Source of the DNA: Nitrosarchaeum sp. | GTDB lineage: Archaea; Thermoproteota; Nitrososphaeria; Nitrososphaerales; Nitrosopumilaceae | Assembly: GCA_965223865.1 (NCBI GenBank) | Contig: CBDCXP010000003.1 | Location: 1 to 11,096 of the forward strand | Length of the DNA stretch: 11,096 nucleotides | Direction of reading: 5' to 3' | Part shown: piece by piece, positions 1 through 9,258 of the stretch | Layout of the letters: each line of letters opens with the position of its first letter | How positions within the stretch are numbered: position 1 is the stretch's first letter | Made by a program: the position numbers and the translations under genes | Notes under the pieces: model-generated | Seen by the model: only the letters and a program-made list of their open reading frames with translations | Databases searched by the model: none | Told to the model about the DNA's origin: nothing

Positions 1-34
1 GAGGCAAGCATGCTACCAATTGAGCTAAATACCC
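1..34 (-). pseudogene. 5' half of tRNA-derived head A, truncated by the window edge
   Basis: Same sequence as 2585-2618; contains the A box TAGCTCAATTGG on the minus strand. Confidence 0.7.
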
Positions 35-79
35 AGTTGAAATCTTGTAACATAATGTCATAAAGAGAAGCCTGTCCTG

Positions 80-100
80 CTCAATTATCTTGTAATTGAG
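80..100. other. Perfect 8-bp hairpin (recurs every 2584 bp)
   Basis: CTCAATTA-tcttg-TAATTGAG. Function unknown. Confidence 0.7.
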
Positions 101-101
101 G

Positions 102-113
102 GCCATCTGGTGG
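102..113 (-). promoter_or_regulatory. CTCF-core-like motif (also at 2686-2697, 5270-5281, 7854-7865, 10438-10449)
   Basis: The minus strand reads CCACCAGATGGC, matching the first 12 positions of the CTCF core CCASYAGRKGGCRS. Sequence match only. Confidence 0.4.
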
Positions 114-670
114 TATGAAACAAGACTTTGAACAGTCACCCTCTTTGCAACATATTTTGCCATATTTGAACTAAATGCATCAGACAATGTGCCTAAATTC
201 ATGCCAGTAATAAGTAGTTAATGGAGAACTCTCATTTAGTCAAGTTATAAAAAGATTAAAACTGATCATGAAGACAAAAATTGAAAAAGAAGCTCCACTT
301 AAATACCGGCAACACCACAGTTCACTCTGGGACAAATTTCCTTGGTTTATATAGACCAAAATTTCATTCATATTTGTACTTGTATGTTTCACCAGCTCTT
401 GGATGTTGCAGACTGATTTGGTTACACATGGTTTCATGCATTATGGCCCGGGATCCGCATGTTTCCTCCCCTGCTAGTGTTCTCAAATTGGGTTGTAATA
501 TTCACCTGCTGATGAAGCCTGGCCAGAGAAAAAACGGATGTTTTTATATTTTTTGTCAAATAAGATTTTCTACATTAATTACAGCTTTAGAATTCAAATG
601 ATGCTTCAAGTATTTATTTTTATGTTGCTTATTATTTTTTTATTAGCCAGTGACAATAGGCACTGTATGA

Positions 671-775
671 TCAAGGTCAAGGTCATCACCAGAGGCCTTA
701 AAACTTTCCTTCATGAGCTATGCAAACCATCAGGTGTCAGCTTGAGTGTTTATAAAGAAGTTGTTATCAAGTAGA
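671..775. mobile_element. Decayed fragment of a TCAAGGTCAAGGTCA-type interspersed repeat (HINE/MITE-like); recurs every 2584 bp
   Basis: TCAAGGTCAAGGTCA at 671-685 is the same motif found in the 1507-2205 array. The family assignment is from recalled resemblance to invertebrate repeats; boundaries are approximate. Confidence 0.4.
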
Positions 776-799
776 CATGGCCATATGATAATAATATAC

Positions 800-1030
800 A
801 CAAATAATAAATACTATCATGCTTGAGTGACCACACAGATTGAGAGGTACTAATGTTGATATCATGGATCTATAACATAGCTAGGGAGTTAAAACTCAAC
901 ACTGATTTTTCATGTGACATCTACAAACAAAACTGATCTATAATTAGTGTCATCATGCTTTAGTGATTCTGTGGAGAGGTTCACATTTTCGAGTTTGGGA
1001 TCCATAACTTAACTTTGGAACACCCTAGGA
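800..1030 (+). repeat. Diverged ~132-136 bp direct duplication inside the monomer (recurs every 2584 bp)
   Basis: Collinear anchors: ATCATGCTTGAGTGA 816-830 / ATCATGCTTTAGTGA 952-966; GAGAGGT 842-848 / 974-980; GGATCTATAACATA 866-879 / GGATCCATAACTTA 998-1011. Confidence 0.7.
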
Positions 1031-1044
1031 TTCTAATATAAAGC

Positions 1045-1240
1045 ATTTATTACAGTTGTGTTGTCATCATCTCAGGGACAGAGTACTCTTGCCTGTCTGT
1101 GTGTGTATGTTTCTGTCTGTGTGTCTGTGAACATGATAATTCGAGAATGCTTTAAAACAGGATCTTTCGAATATGACTTAGTATATCTCAAAATATCTGA
1201 CCAAGGCCAAGATCAATGCATGGCTTTGGATTTTTCCAAT
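1045..1240 (+). mobile_element. Degenerate non-autonomous Helentron-associated (HINE/DINE-1-like) element, 5' part; recurs every 2584 bp
   Basis: A (CTGT/GT)n microsatellite is followed by GAACATGATAATTCGAGAATGC and a degenerate TGACCAAGGCCAAGATCA (1198-1215). This resembles the HINE layout. Subterminal inverted repeats were not recognisable, and boundaries are approximate. Confidence 0.5.
1093..1129 (+). repeat. Imperfect (CTGT)/(GT)n microsatellite (also at 3677-3713, 6261-6297, 8845-8881)
   Basis: CTGTCTGTGTGTGTATGTTTCTGTCTGTGTGTCTGTG, read directly. Confidence 0.9.
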
Positions 1241-1423
1241 TTAGCACAGTACAAACTATCAGGTACTATAAATTACTAAGATATAATAATTAGTGCCACG
1301 CTTGAATACGTTTGAAAAGTTTAGTTGAAATTGTATTTTCAGAATTTCAGTTTCTATCTCTCAACATTAGAACCTTGCTATTGTTAGGTTTTACATGTAC
1401 ACCAAGAAAATCAAAAATGGGGA

Positions 1424-1441
1424 GCAAAATGTAAATTTTGC
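1424..1441. other. 7-bp hairpin with GTAA loop (recurs every 2584 bp)
   Basis: GCAAAAT-gtaa-ATTTTGC. Confidence 0.55.
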
Positions 1442-1547
1442 CTTGCAGGTATATGGGGCCACTTAAATCAACTTTTATCTCACAATTATTCTCTCAAGGG
1501 GTTAAGTATGATATGTAAATCTAAACAATCAACCACGTTAGCAAAAG

Positions 1548-1581
1548 TGACCTTGACCCTCAAAGTTAAGGGTCAAGGTCA
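1548..1581. repeat. Perfect 13-bp inverted repeat with 8-nt loop (also at 4132-4165, 6716-6749, 9300-9333)
   Basis: TGACCTTGACCCT-caaagtta-AGGGTCAAGGTCA. Confidence 0.95.
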
Positions 1582-1685
1582 TAGTGCAAACACACCTAAA
1601 TCATGATATTTCATAAACTATCGGTCTCATGGAATTATTTTGACATGTACAGCAACATAAGCAACTATGCGGAACAAACATGATC

Positions 1686-1702
1686 TTGACCTTCAAGGTC
1701 AA
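1686..1702. repeat. 17-bp palindrome (recurs every 2584 bp)
   Basis: TTGACCTT-c-AAGGTCAA. A related ACCTTGA-tat-TCAAGGT lies at 1933-1949. Confidence 0.9.
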
Positions 1703-2321
1703 AGTGCTTAAATCAGCAACTCTTGCAAAATATTGGTCCCTAGAAGTTGATTTTGATATGTACATCCACATAATCAACCATGGGAAACAAAATTTCAACT
1801 TGATTTTCAAGGTCAAAGGTACACGTAAGATCATAGTATGACTGTAATTATTTCACCATATCTTGTACACTACTGTGGGTGGTAAATCTTAACATGTGCA
1901 CCCACTTATTCAACCACGGGAAACAGTTTGTAACCTTGATATTCAAGGTCATAATGCAAATACACTTAAATCATGCTGCCTCATGGTTTGCTGCATAAGC
2001 ATCAATACAGAATAAAATGCAACCTTGGTTTTCAAGTTCATGGTCAAATGATGCCAAATATTGGTCATAAAGAACTAATTTTGATATGTATACCCACAGC
2101 ATCAAGCATGGGAAACAAAATGTGACCTTAACCTTCTTATAGAGAGGTCTAGGTAATAGTGAGAATGACTGTAGAATGAAGGGTATGCACAAACCATATT
2201 TCACAAACCATGTATTATGATCTTAGTCTGAAACTCTCTATATCTTAGTAATCTTGAATGTGACACTTTGGTGGAACACTCTATAATGTGTGTATCAGTA
2301 CCCAAACATGGTGTCTTACTC

Positions 2322-2394
2322 TGTATGTGGCAGGAATCGAACTCATGTCCCTTACATTGACAGCCGAGCATGCTATGAACTGTGCTAAAACACA
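2322..2394 (-). pseudogene. tRNA-derived head B (SINE head or tRNA pseudogene; GTC at the anticodon position)
   Basis: Minus strand: TGTGTTT TA GCAC AGTTCATA GCAT G CTCGG CTGTCAA TGTAA GGGAC ATGAG TTCGATT CCTGC CACATAC A. It has canonical 73-nt tRNA spacing, a good B box (GAGTTCGATTCC) and a damaged A box (GG replaced by CA). Stems pair poorly. Confidence 0.7.
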
Positions 2395-2545
2395 GGCATT
2401 GTAGACTATTATTTTAAATTGCATGTGGAATTCATGCACTATCAAAAGGTTTTTTGCACCAGTAAAAATTGACAAAAAGAAGATGGAAAACGAAATAAAA
2501 TGGCCTACTGTTTCTAGAAACAAAATTTATATAAAAGATAATTTT

Positions 2546-2618
2546 TACCTGAAGCAGGCCTTGAACTCACAACCCTTAGACTATGAGGCAAGCATGCTAC
2601 CAATTGAGCTAAATACCC
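2546..2618 (-). pseudogene. tRNA-derived head A (tRNA-Met-like SINE head or pseudogene; CAT at the anticodon position)
   Basis: Minus strand: GGGTATT TA GCTC AATTGGTA GCAT G CTTGC CTCATAG TCTAA GGGTT GTGAG TTCAAGG CCTGC TTCAGGT A. It has an intact A box (TAGCTCAATTGG) and a B-box-like GAGTTCAAGGC. It resembles eukaryotic elongator tRNA-Met (CTCATAA TCTGA AGGTC GTGAG TTCGA). The acceptor and anticodon stems do not pair. Confidence 0.75.
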
Positions 2619-4090
2619 AGTTGAAATCTTGTAACATAATGTCATAAAGAGAAGCCTGTCCTGCTCAATTATCTTGTAATTGAGGGCCATCTGGTGGTAT
2701 GAAACAAGACTTTGAACAGTCACCCTCTTTGCAACATATTTTGCCATATTTGAACTAAATGCATCAGACAATGTGCCTAAATTCATGCCAGTAATAAGTA
2801 GTTAATGGAGAACTCTCATTTAGTCAAGTTATAAAAAGATTAAAACTGATCATGAAGACAAAAATTGAAAAAGAAGCTCCACTTAAATACCGGCAACACC
2901 ACAGTTCACTCTGGGACAAATTTCCTTGGTTTATATAGACCAAAATTTCATTCATATTTGTACTTGTATGTTTCACCAGCTCTTGGATGTTGCAGACTGA
3001 TTTGGTTACACATGGTTTCATGCATTATGGCCCGGGATCCGCATGTTTCCTCCCCTGCTAGTGTTCTCAAATTGGGTTGTAATATTCACCTGCTGATGAA
3101 GCCTGGCCAGAGAAAAAACGGATGTTTTTATATTTTTTGTCAAATAAGATTTTCTACATTAATTACAGCTTTAGAATTCAAATGATGCTTCAAGTATTTA
3201 TTTTTATGTTGCTTATTATTTTTTTATTAGCCAGTGACAATAGGCACTGTATGATCAAGGTCAAGGTCATCACCAGAGGCCTTAAAACTTTCCTTCATGA
3301 GCTATGCAAACCATCAGGTGTCAGCTTGAGTGTTTATAAAGAAGTTGTTATCAAGTAGACATGGCCATATGATAATAATATACACAAATAATAAATACTA
3401 TCATGCTTGAGTGACCACACAGATTGAGAGGTACTAATGTTGATATCATGGATCTATAACATAGCTAGGGAGTTAAAACTCAACACTGATTTTTCATGTG
3501 ACATCTACAAACAAAACTGATCTATAATTAGTGTCATCATGCTTTAGTGATTCTGTGGAGAGGTTCACATTTTCGAGTTTGGGATCCATAACTTAACTTT
3601 GGAACACCCTAGGATTCTAATATAAAGCATTTATTACAGTTGTGTTGTCATCATCTCAGGGACAGAGTACTCTTGCCTGTCTGTGTGTGTATGTTTCTGT
3701 CTGTGTGTCTGTGAACATGATAATTCGAGAATGCTTTAAAACAGGATCTTTCGAATATGACTTAGTATATCTCAAAATATCTGACCAAGGCCAAGATCAA
3801 TGCATGGCTTTGGATTTTTCCAATTTAGCACAGTACAAACTATCAGGTACTATAAATTACTAAGATATAATAATTAGTGCCACGCTTGAATACGTTTGAA
3901 AAGTTTAGTTGAAATTGTATTTTCAGAATTTCAGTTTCTATCTCTCAACATTAGAACCTTGCTATTGTTAGGTTTTACATGTACACCAAGAAAATCAAAA
4001 ATGGGGAGCAAAATGTAAATTTTGCCTTGCAGGTATATGGGGCCACTTAAATCAACTTTTATCTCACAATTATTCTCTCAAGGGGTTAAG

Positions 4091-4789
4091 TATGATATGT
4101 AAATCTAAACAATCAACCACGTTAGCAAAAGTGACCTTGACCCTCAAAGTTAAGGGTCAAGGTCATAGTGCAAACACACCTAAATCATGATATTTCATAA
4201 ACTATCGGTCTCATGGAATTATTTTGACATGTACAGCAACATAAGCAACTATGCGGAACAAACATGATCTTGACCTTCAAGGTCAAAGTGCTTAAATCAG
4301 CAACTCTTGCAAAATATTGGTCCCTAGAAGTTGATTTTGATATGTACATCCACATAATCAACCATGGGAAACAAAATTTCAACTTGATTTTCAAGGTCAA
4401 AGGTACACGTAAGATCATAGTATGACTGTAATTATTTCACCATATCTTGTACACTACTGTGGGTGGTAAATCTTAACATGTGCACCCACTTATTCAACCA
4501 CGGGAAACAGTTTGTAACCTTGATATTCAAGGTCATAATGCAAATACACTTAAATCATGCTGCCTCATGGTTTGCTGCATAAGCATCAATACAGAATAAA
4601 ATGCAACCTTGGTTTTCAAGTTCATGGTCAAATGATGCCAAATATTGGTCATAAAGAACTAATTTTGATATGTATACCCACAGCATCAAGCATGGGAAAC
4701 AAAATGTGACCTTAACCTTCTTATAGAGAGGTCTAGGTAATAGTGAGAATGACTGTAGAATGAAGGGTATGCACAAACCATATTTCACA
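4091..4789 (+). repeat. Internal degenerate satellite, copy 2
   Basis: Same as 1507-2205 at +2584. Confidence 0.85.
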
Positions 4790-4905
4790 AACCATGTATT
4801 ATGATCTTAGTCTGAAACTCTCTATATCTTAGTAATCTTGAATGTGACACTTTGGTGGAACACTCTATAATGTGTGTATCAGTACCCAAACATGGTGTCT
4901 TACTC

Positions 4906-4978
4906 TGTATGTGGCAGGAATCGAACTCATGTCCCTTACATTGACAGCCGAGCATGCTATGAACTGTGCTAAAACACA
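4906..4978 (-). pseudogene. tRNA-derived head B, copy 2
   Basis: Same as 2322-2394 at +2584. Confidence 0.7.
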
Positions 4979-5129
4979 GGCATTGTAGACTATTATTTTA
5001 AATTGCATGTGGAATTCATGCACTATCAAAAGGTTTTTTGCACCAGTAAAAATTGACAAAAAGAAGATGGAAAACGAAATAAAATGGCCTACTGTTTCTA
5101 GAAACAAAATTTATATAAAAGATAATTTT

Positions 5130-5202
5130 TACCTGAAGCAGGCCTTGAACTCACAACCCTTAGACTATGAGGCAAGCATGCTACCAATTGAGCTAAATAC
5201 CC
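5130..5202 (-). pseudogene. tRNA-derived head A, copy 2
   Basis: Same as 2546-2618 at +2584. Confidence 0.75.
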
Positions 5203-6674
5203 AGTTGAAATCTTGTAACATAATGTCATAAAGAGAAGCCTGTCCTGCTCAATTATCTTGTAATTGAGGGCCATCTGGTGGTATGAAACAAGACTTTGAA
5301 CAGTCACCCTCTTTGCAACATATTTTGCCATATTTGAACTAAATGCATCAGACAATGTGCCTAAATTCATGCCAGTAATAAGTAGTTAATGGAGAACTCT
5401 CATTTAGTCAAGTTATAAAAAGATTAAAACTGATCATGAAGACAAAAATTGAAAAAGAAGCTCCACTTAAATACCGGCAACACCACAGTTCACTCTGGGA
5501 CAAATTTCCTTGGTTTATATAGACCAAAATTTCATTCATATTTGTACTTGTATGTTTCACCAGCTCTTGGATGTTGCAGACTGATTTGGTTACACATGGT
5601 TTCATGCATTATGGCCCGGGATCCGCATGTTTCCTCCCCTGCTAGTGTTCTCAAATTGGGTTGTAATATTCACCTGCTGATGAAGCCTGGCCAGAGAAAA
5701 AACGGATGTTTTTATATTTTTTGTCAAATAAGATTTTCTACATTAATTACAGCTTTAGAATTCAAATGATGCTTCAAGTATTTATTTTTATGTTGCTTAT
5801 TATTTTTTTATTAGCCAGTGACAATAGGCACTGTATGATCAAGGTCAAGGTCATCACCAGAGGCCTTAAAACTTTCCTTCATGAGCTATGCAAACCATCA
5901 GGTGTCAGCTTGAGTGTTTATAAAGAAGTTGTTATCAAGTAGACATGGCCATATGATAATAATATACACAAATAATAAATACTATCATGCTTGAGTGACC
6001 ACACAGATTGAGAGGTACTAATGTTGATATCATGGATCTATAACATAGCTAGGGAGTTAAAACTCAACACTGATTTTTCATGTGACATCTACAAACAAAA
6101 CTGATCTATAATTAGTGTCATCATGCTTTAGTGATTCTGTGGAGAGGTTCACATTTTCGAGTTTGGGATCCATAACTTAACTTTGGAACACCCTAGGATT
6201 CTAATATAAAGCATTTATTACAGTTGTGTTGTCATCATCTCAGGGACAGAGTACTCTTGCCTGTCTGTGTGTGTATGTTTCTGTCTGTGTGTCTGTGAAC
6301 ATGATAATTCGAGAATGCTTTAAAACAGGATCTTTCGAATATGACTTAGTATATCTCAAAATATCTGACCAAGGCCAAGATCAATGCATGGCTTTGGATT
6401 TTTCCAATTTAGCACAGTACAAACTATCAGGTACTATAAATTACTAAGATATAATAATTAGTGCCACGCTTGAATACGTTTGAAAAGTTTAGTTGAAATT
6501 GTATTTTCAGAATTTCAGTTTCTATCTCTCAACATTAGAACCTTGCTATTGTTAGGTTTTACATGTACACCAAGAAAATCAAAAATGGGGAGCAAAATGT
6601 AAATTTTGCCTTGCAGGTATATGGGGCCACTTAAATCAACTTTTATCTCACAATTATTCTCTCAAGGGGTTAAG

Positions 6675-7373
6675 TATGATATGTAAATCTAAACAATCAA
6701 CCACGTTAGCAAAAGTGACCTTGACCCTCAAAGTTAAGGGTCAAGGTCATAGTGCAAACACACCTAAATCATGATATTTCATAAACTATCGGTCTCATGG
6801 AATTATTTTGACATGTACAGCAACATAAGCAACTATGCGGAACAAACATGATCTTGACCTTCAAGGTCAAAGTGCTTAAATCAGCAACTCTTGCAAAATA
6901 TTGGTCCCTAGAAGTTGATTTTGATATGTACATCCACATAATCAACCATGGGAAACAAAATTTCAACTTGATTTTCAAGGTCAAAGGTACACGTAAGATC
7001 ATAGTATGACTGTAATTATTTCACCATATCTTGTACACTACTGTGGGTGGTAAATCTTAACATGTGCACCCACTTATTCAACCACGGGAAACAGTTTGTA
7101 ACCTTGATATTCAAGGTCATAATGCAAATACACTTAAATCATGCTGCCTCATGGTTTGCTGCATAAGCATCAATACAGAATAAAATGCAACCTTGGTTTT
7201 CAAGTTCATGGTCAAATGATGCCAAATATTGGTCATAAAGAACTAATTTTGATATGTATACCCACAGCATCAAGCATGGGAAACAAAATGTGACCTTAAC
7301 CTTCTTATAGAGAGGTCTAGGTAATAGTGAGAATGACTGTAGAATGAAGGGTATGCACAAACCATATTTCACA
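6675..7373 (+). repeat. Internal degenerate satellite, copy 3
   Basis: Same as 1507-2205 at +5168. Confidence 0.85.
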
Positions 7374-7489
7374 AACCATGTATTATGATCTTAGTCTGAA
7401 ACTCTCTATATCTTAGTAATCTTGAATGTGACACTTTGGTGGAACACTCTATAATGTGTGTATCAGTACCCAAACATGGTGTCTTACTC

Positions 7490-7562
7490 TGTATGTGGCA
7501 GGAATCGAACTCATGTCCCTTACATTGACAGCCGAGCATGCTATGAACTGTGCTAAAACACA
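7490..7562 (-). pseudogene. tRNA-derived head B, copy 3
   Basis: Same as 2322-2394 at +5168. Confidence 0.7.
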
Positions 7563-7713
7563 GGCATTGTAGACTATTATTTTAAATTGCATGTGGAATT
7601 CATGCACTATCAAAAGGTTTTTTGCACCAGTAAAAATTGACAAAAAGAAGATGGAAAACGAAATAAAATGGCCTACTGTTTCTAGAAACAAAATTTATAT
7701 AAAAGATAATTTT

Positions 7714-7786
7714 TACCTGAAGCAGGCCTTGAACTCACAACCCTTAGACTATGAGGCAAGCATGCTACCAATTGAGCTAAATACCC
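7714..7786 (-). pseudogene. tRNA-derived head A, copy 3
   Basis: Same as 2546-2618 at +5168. Confidence 0.75.
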
Positions 7787-9258
7787 AGTTGAAATCTTGT
7801 AACATAATGTCATAAAGAGAAGCCTGTCCTGCTCAATTATCTTGTAATTGAGGGCCATCTGGTGGTATGAAACAAGACTTTGAACAGTCACCCTCTTTGC
7901 AACATATTTTGCCATATTTGAACTAAATGCATCAGACAATGTGCCTAAATTCATGCCAGTAATAAGTAGTTAATGGAGAACTCTCATTTAGTCAAGTTAT
8001 AAAAAGATTAAAACTGATCATGAAGACAAAAATTGAAAAAGAAGCTCCACTTAAATACCGGCAACACCACAGTTCACTCTGGGACAAATTTCCTTGGTTT
8101 ATATAGACCAAAATTTCATTCATATTTGTACTTGTATGTTTCACCAGCTCTTGGATGTTGCAGACTGATTTGGTTACACATGGTTTCATGCATTATGGCC
8201 CGGGATCCGCATGTTTCCTCCCCTGCTAGTGTTCTCAAATTGGGTTGTAATATTCACCTGCTGATGAAGCCTGGCCAGAGAAAAAACGGATGTTTTTATA
8301 TTTTTTGTCAAATAAGATTTTCTACATTAATTACAGCTTTAGAATTCAAATGATGCTTCAAGTATTTATTTTTATGTTGCTTATTATTTTTTTATTAGCC
8401 AGTGACAATAGGCACTGTATGATCAAGGTCAAGGTCATCACCAGAGGCCTTAAAACTTTCCTTCATGAGCTATGCAAACCATCAGGTGTCAGCTTGAGTG
8501 TTTATAAAGAAGTTGTTATCAAGTAGACATGGCCATATGATAATAATATACACAAATAATAAATACTATCATGCTTGAGTGACCACACAGATTGAGAGGT
8601 ACTAATGTTGATATCATGGATCTATAACATAGCTAGGGAGTTAAAACTCAACACTGATTTTTCATGTGACATCTACAAACAAAACTGATCTATAATTAGT
8701 GTCATCATGCTTTAGTGATTCTGTGGAGAGGTTCACATTTTCGAGTTTGGGATCCATAACTTAACTTTGGAACACCCTAGGATTCTAATATAAAGCATTT
8801 ATTACAGTTGTGTTGTCATCATCTCAGGGACAGAGTACTCTTGCCTGTCTGTGTGTGTATGTTTCTGTCTGTGTGTCTGTGAACATGATAATTCGAGAAT
8901 GCTTTAAAACAGGATCTTTCGAATATGACTTAGTATATCTCAAAATATCTGACCAAGGCCAAGATCAATGCATGGCTTTGGATTTTTCCAATTTAGCACA
9001 GTACAAACTATCAGGTACTATAAATTACTAAGATATAATAATTAGTGCCACGCTTGAATACGTTTGAAAAGTTTAGTTGAAATTGTATTTTCAGAATTTC
9101 AGTTTCTATCTCTCAACATTAGAACCTTGCTATTGTTAGGTTTTACATGTACACCAAGAAAATCAAAAATGGGGAGCAAAATGTAAATTTTGCCTTGCAG
9201 GTATATGGGGCCACTTAAATCAACTTTTATCTCACAATTATTCTCTCAAGGGGTTAAG

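Larger units (their letters stand above)
1507..2205 (+). repeat. Internal degenerate satellite: ~6 subunits of ~100-135 bp, each with a TGACCTTGA..TCAAGGTCA-type palindrome
   Basis: A recurrent block resembling TTTTGATATGTACAxCCACATAATCAACCATGGGAAACAAAAT followed by the palindrome starts near 1507, 1638, 1750, 1887, 1985 (most decayed) and 2078. Confidence 0.85.

Noticed and set aside
445-458. Overlapping SmaI/BamHI sites (GGCCCGGGATCC) suggesting a polylinker or vector junction
   Set aside because: There is no other vector, marker or origin sequence in the monomer, so this is compatible with chance.
538-774. Hydrophobic stretch resembling a signal or transmembrane peptide
   Set aside because: It is a translation of the T-rich low-complexity tract at about 611-645.
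1875-1905. GTGGGTG/CACCCAC inverted repeat
   Set aside because: Only 7 bp with a 17-nt loop, and one arm is part of the satellite subunit, so it is likely incidental.
1601-2204. Two similar 77-aa minus-strand ORFs (FCFPWLIMWMYISK / FCFPCLMLWVYISK) that look like paralogous peptides
   Set aside because: The similarity is explained by the internal nucleotide duplication. The offset shifts from 370 to 328 bp and the rest of the peptides do not align, so there is no sign of coding constraint.
1507-2205. CRISPR-like array of palindromic repeats
   Set aside because: The repeats are degenerate and irregularly spaced, the intervening sequences are homologous to each other, there are no cas genes, and the context is eukaryotic.
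1-2584. Circular virus, viroid-like element or plasmid genome of 2584 nt
   Set aside because: I saw no Rep, capsid or other long ORF, no monomer-wide self-complementarity and no recognisable ribozyme. The content is nuclear repeat debris. A passive eccDNA circle remains possible.
2322-2618. Functional tRNA-Met(CAT) and tRNA-Asp(GTC) genes
   Set aside because: The anticodon, D and T stems largely fail to pair. Head A has no acceptor stem and head B lacks the D-loop GG.
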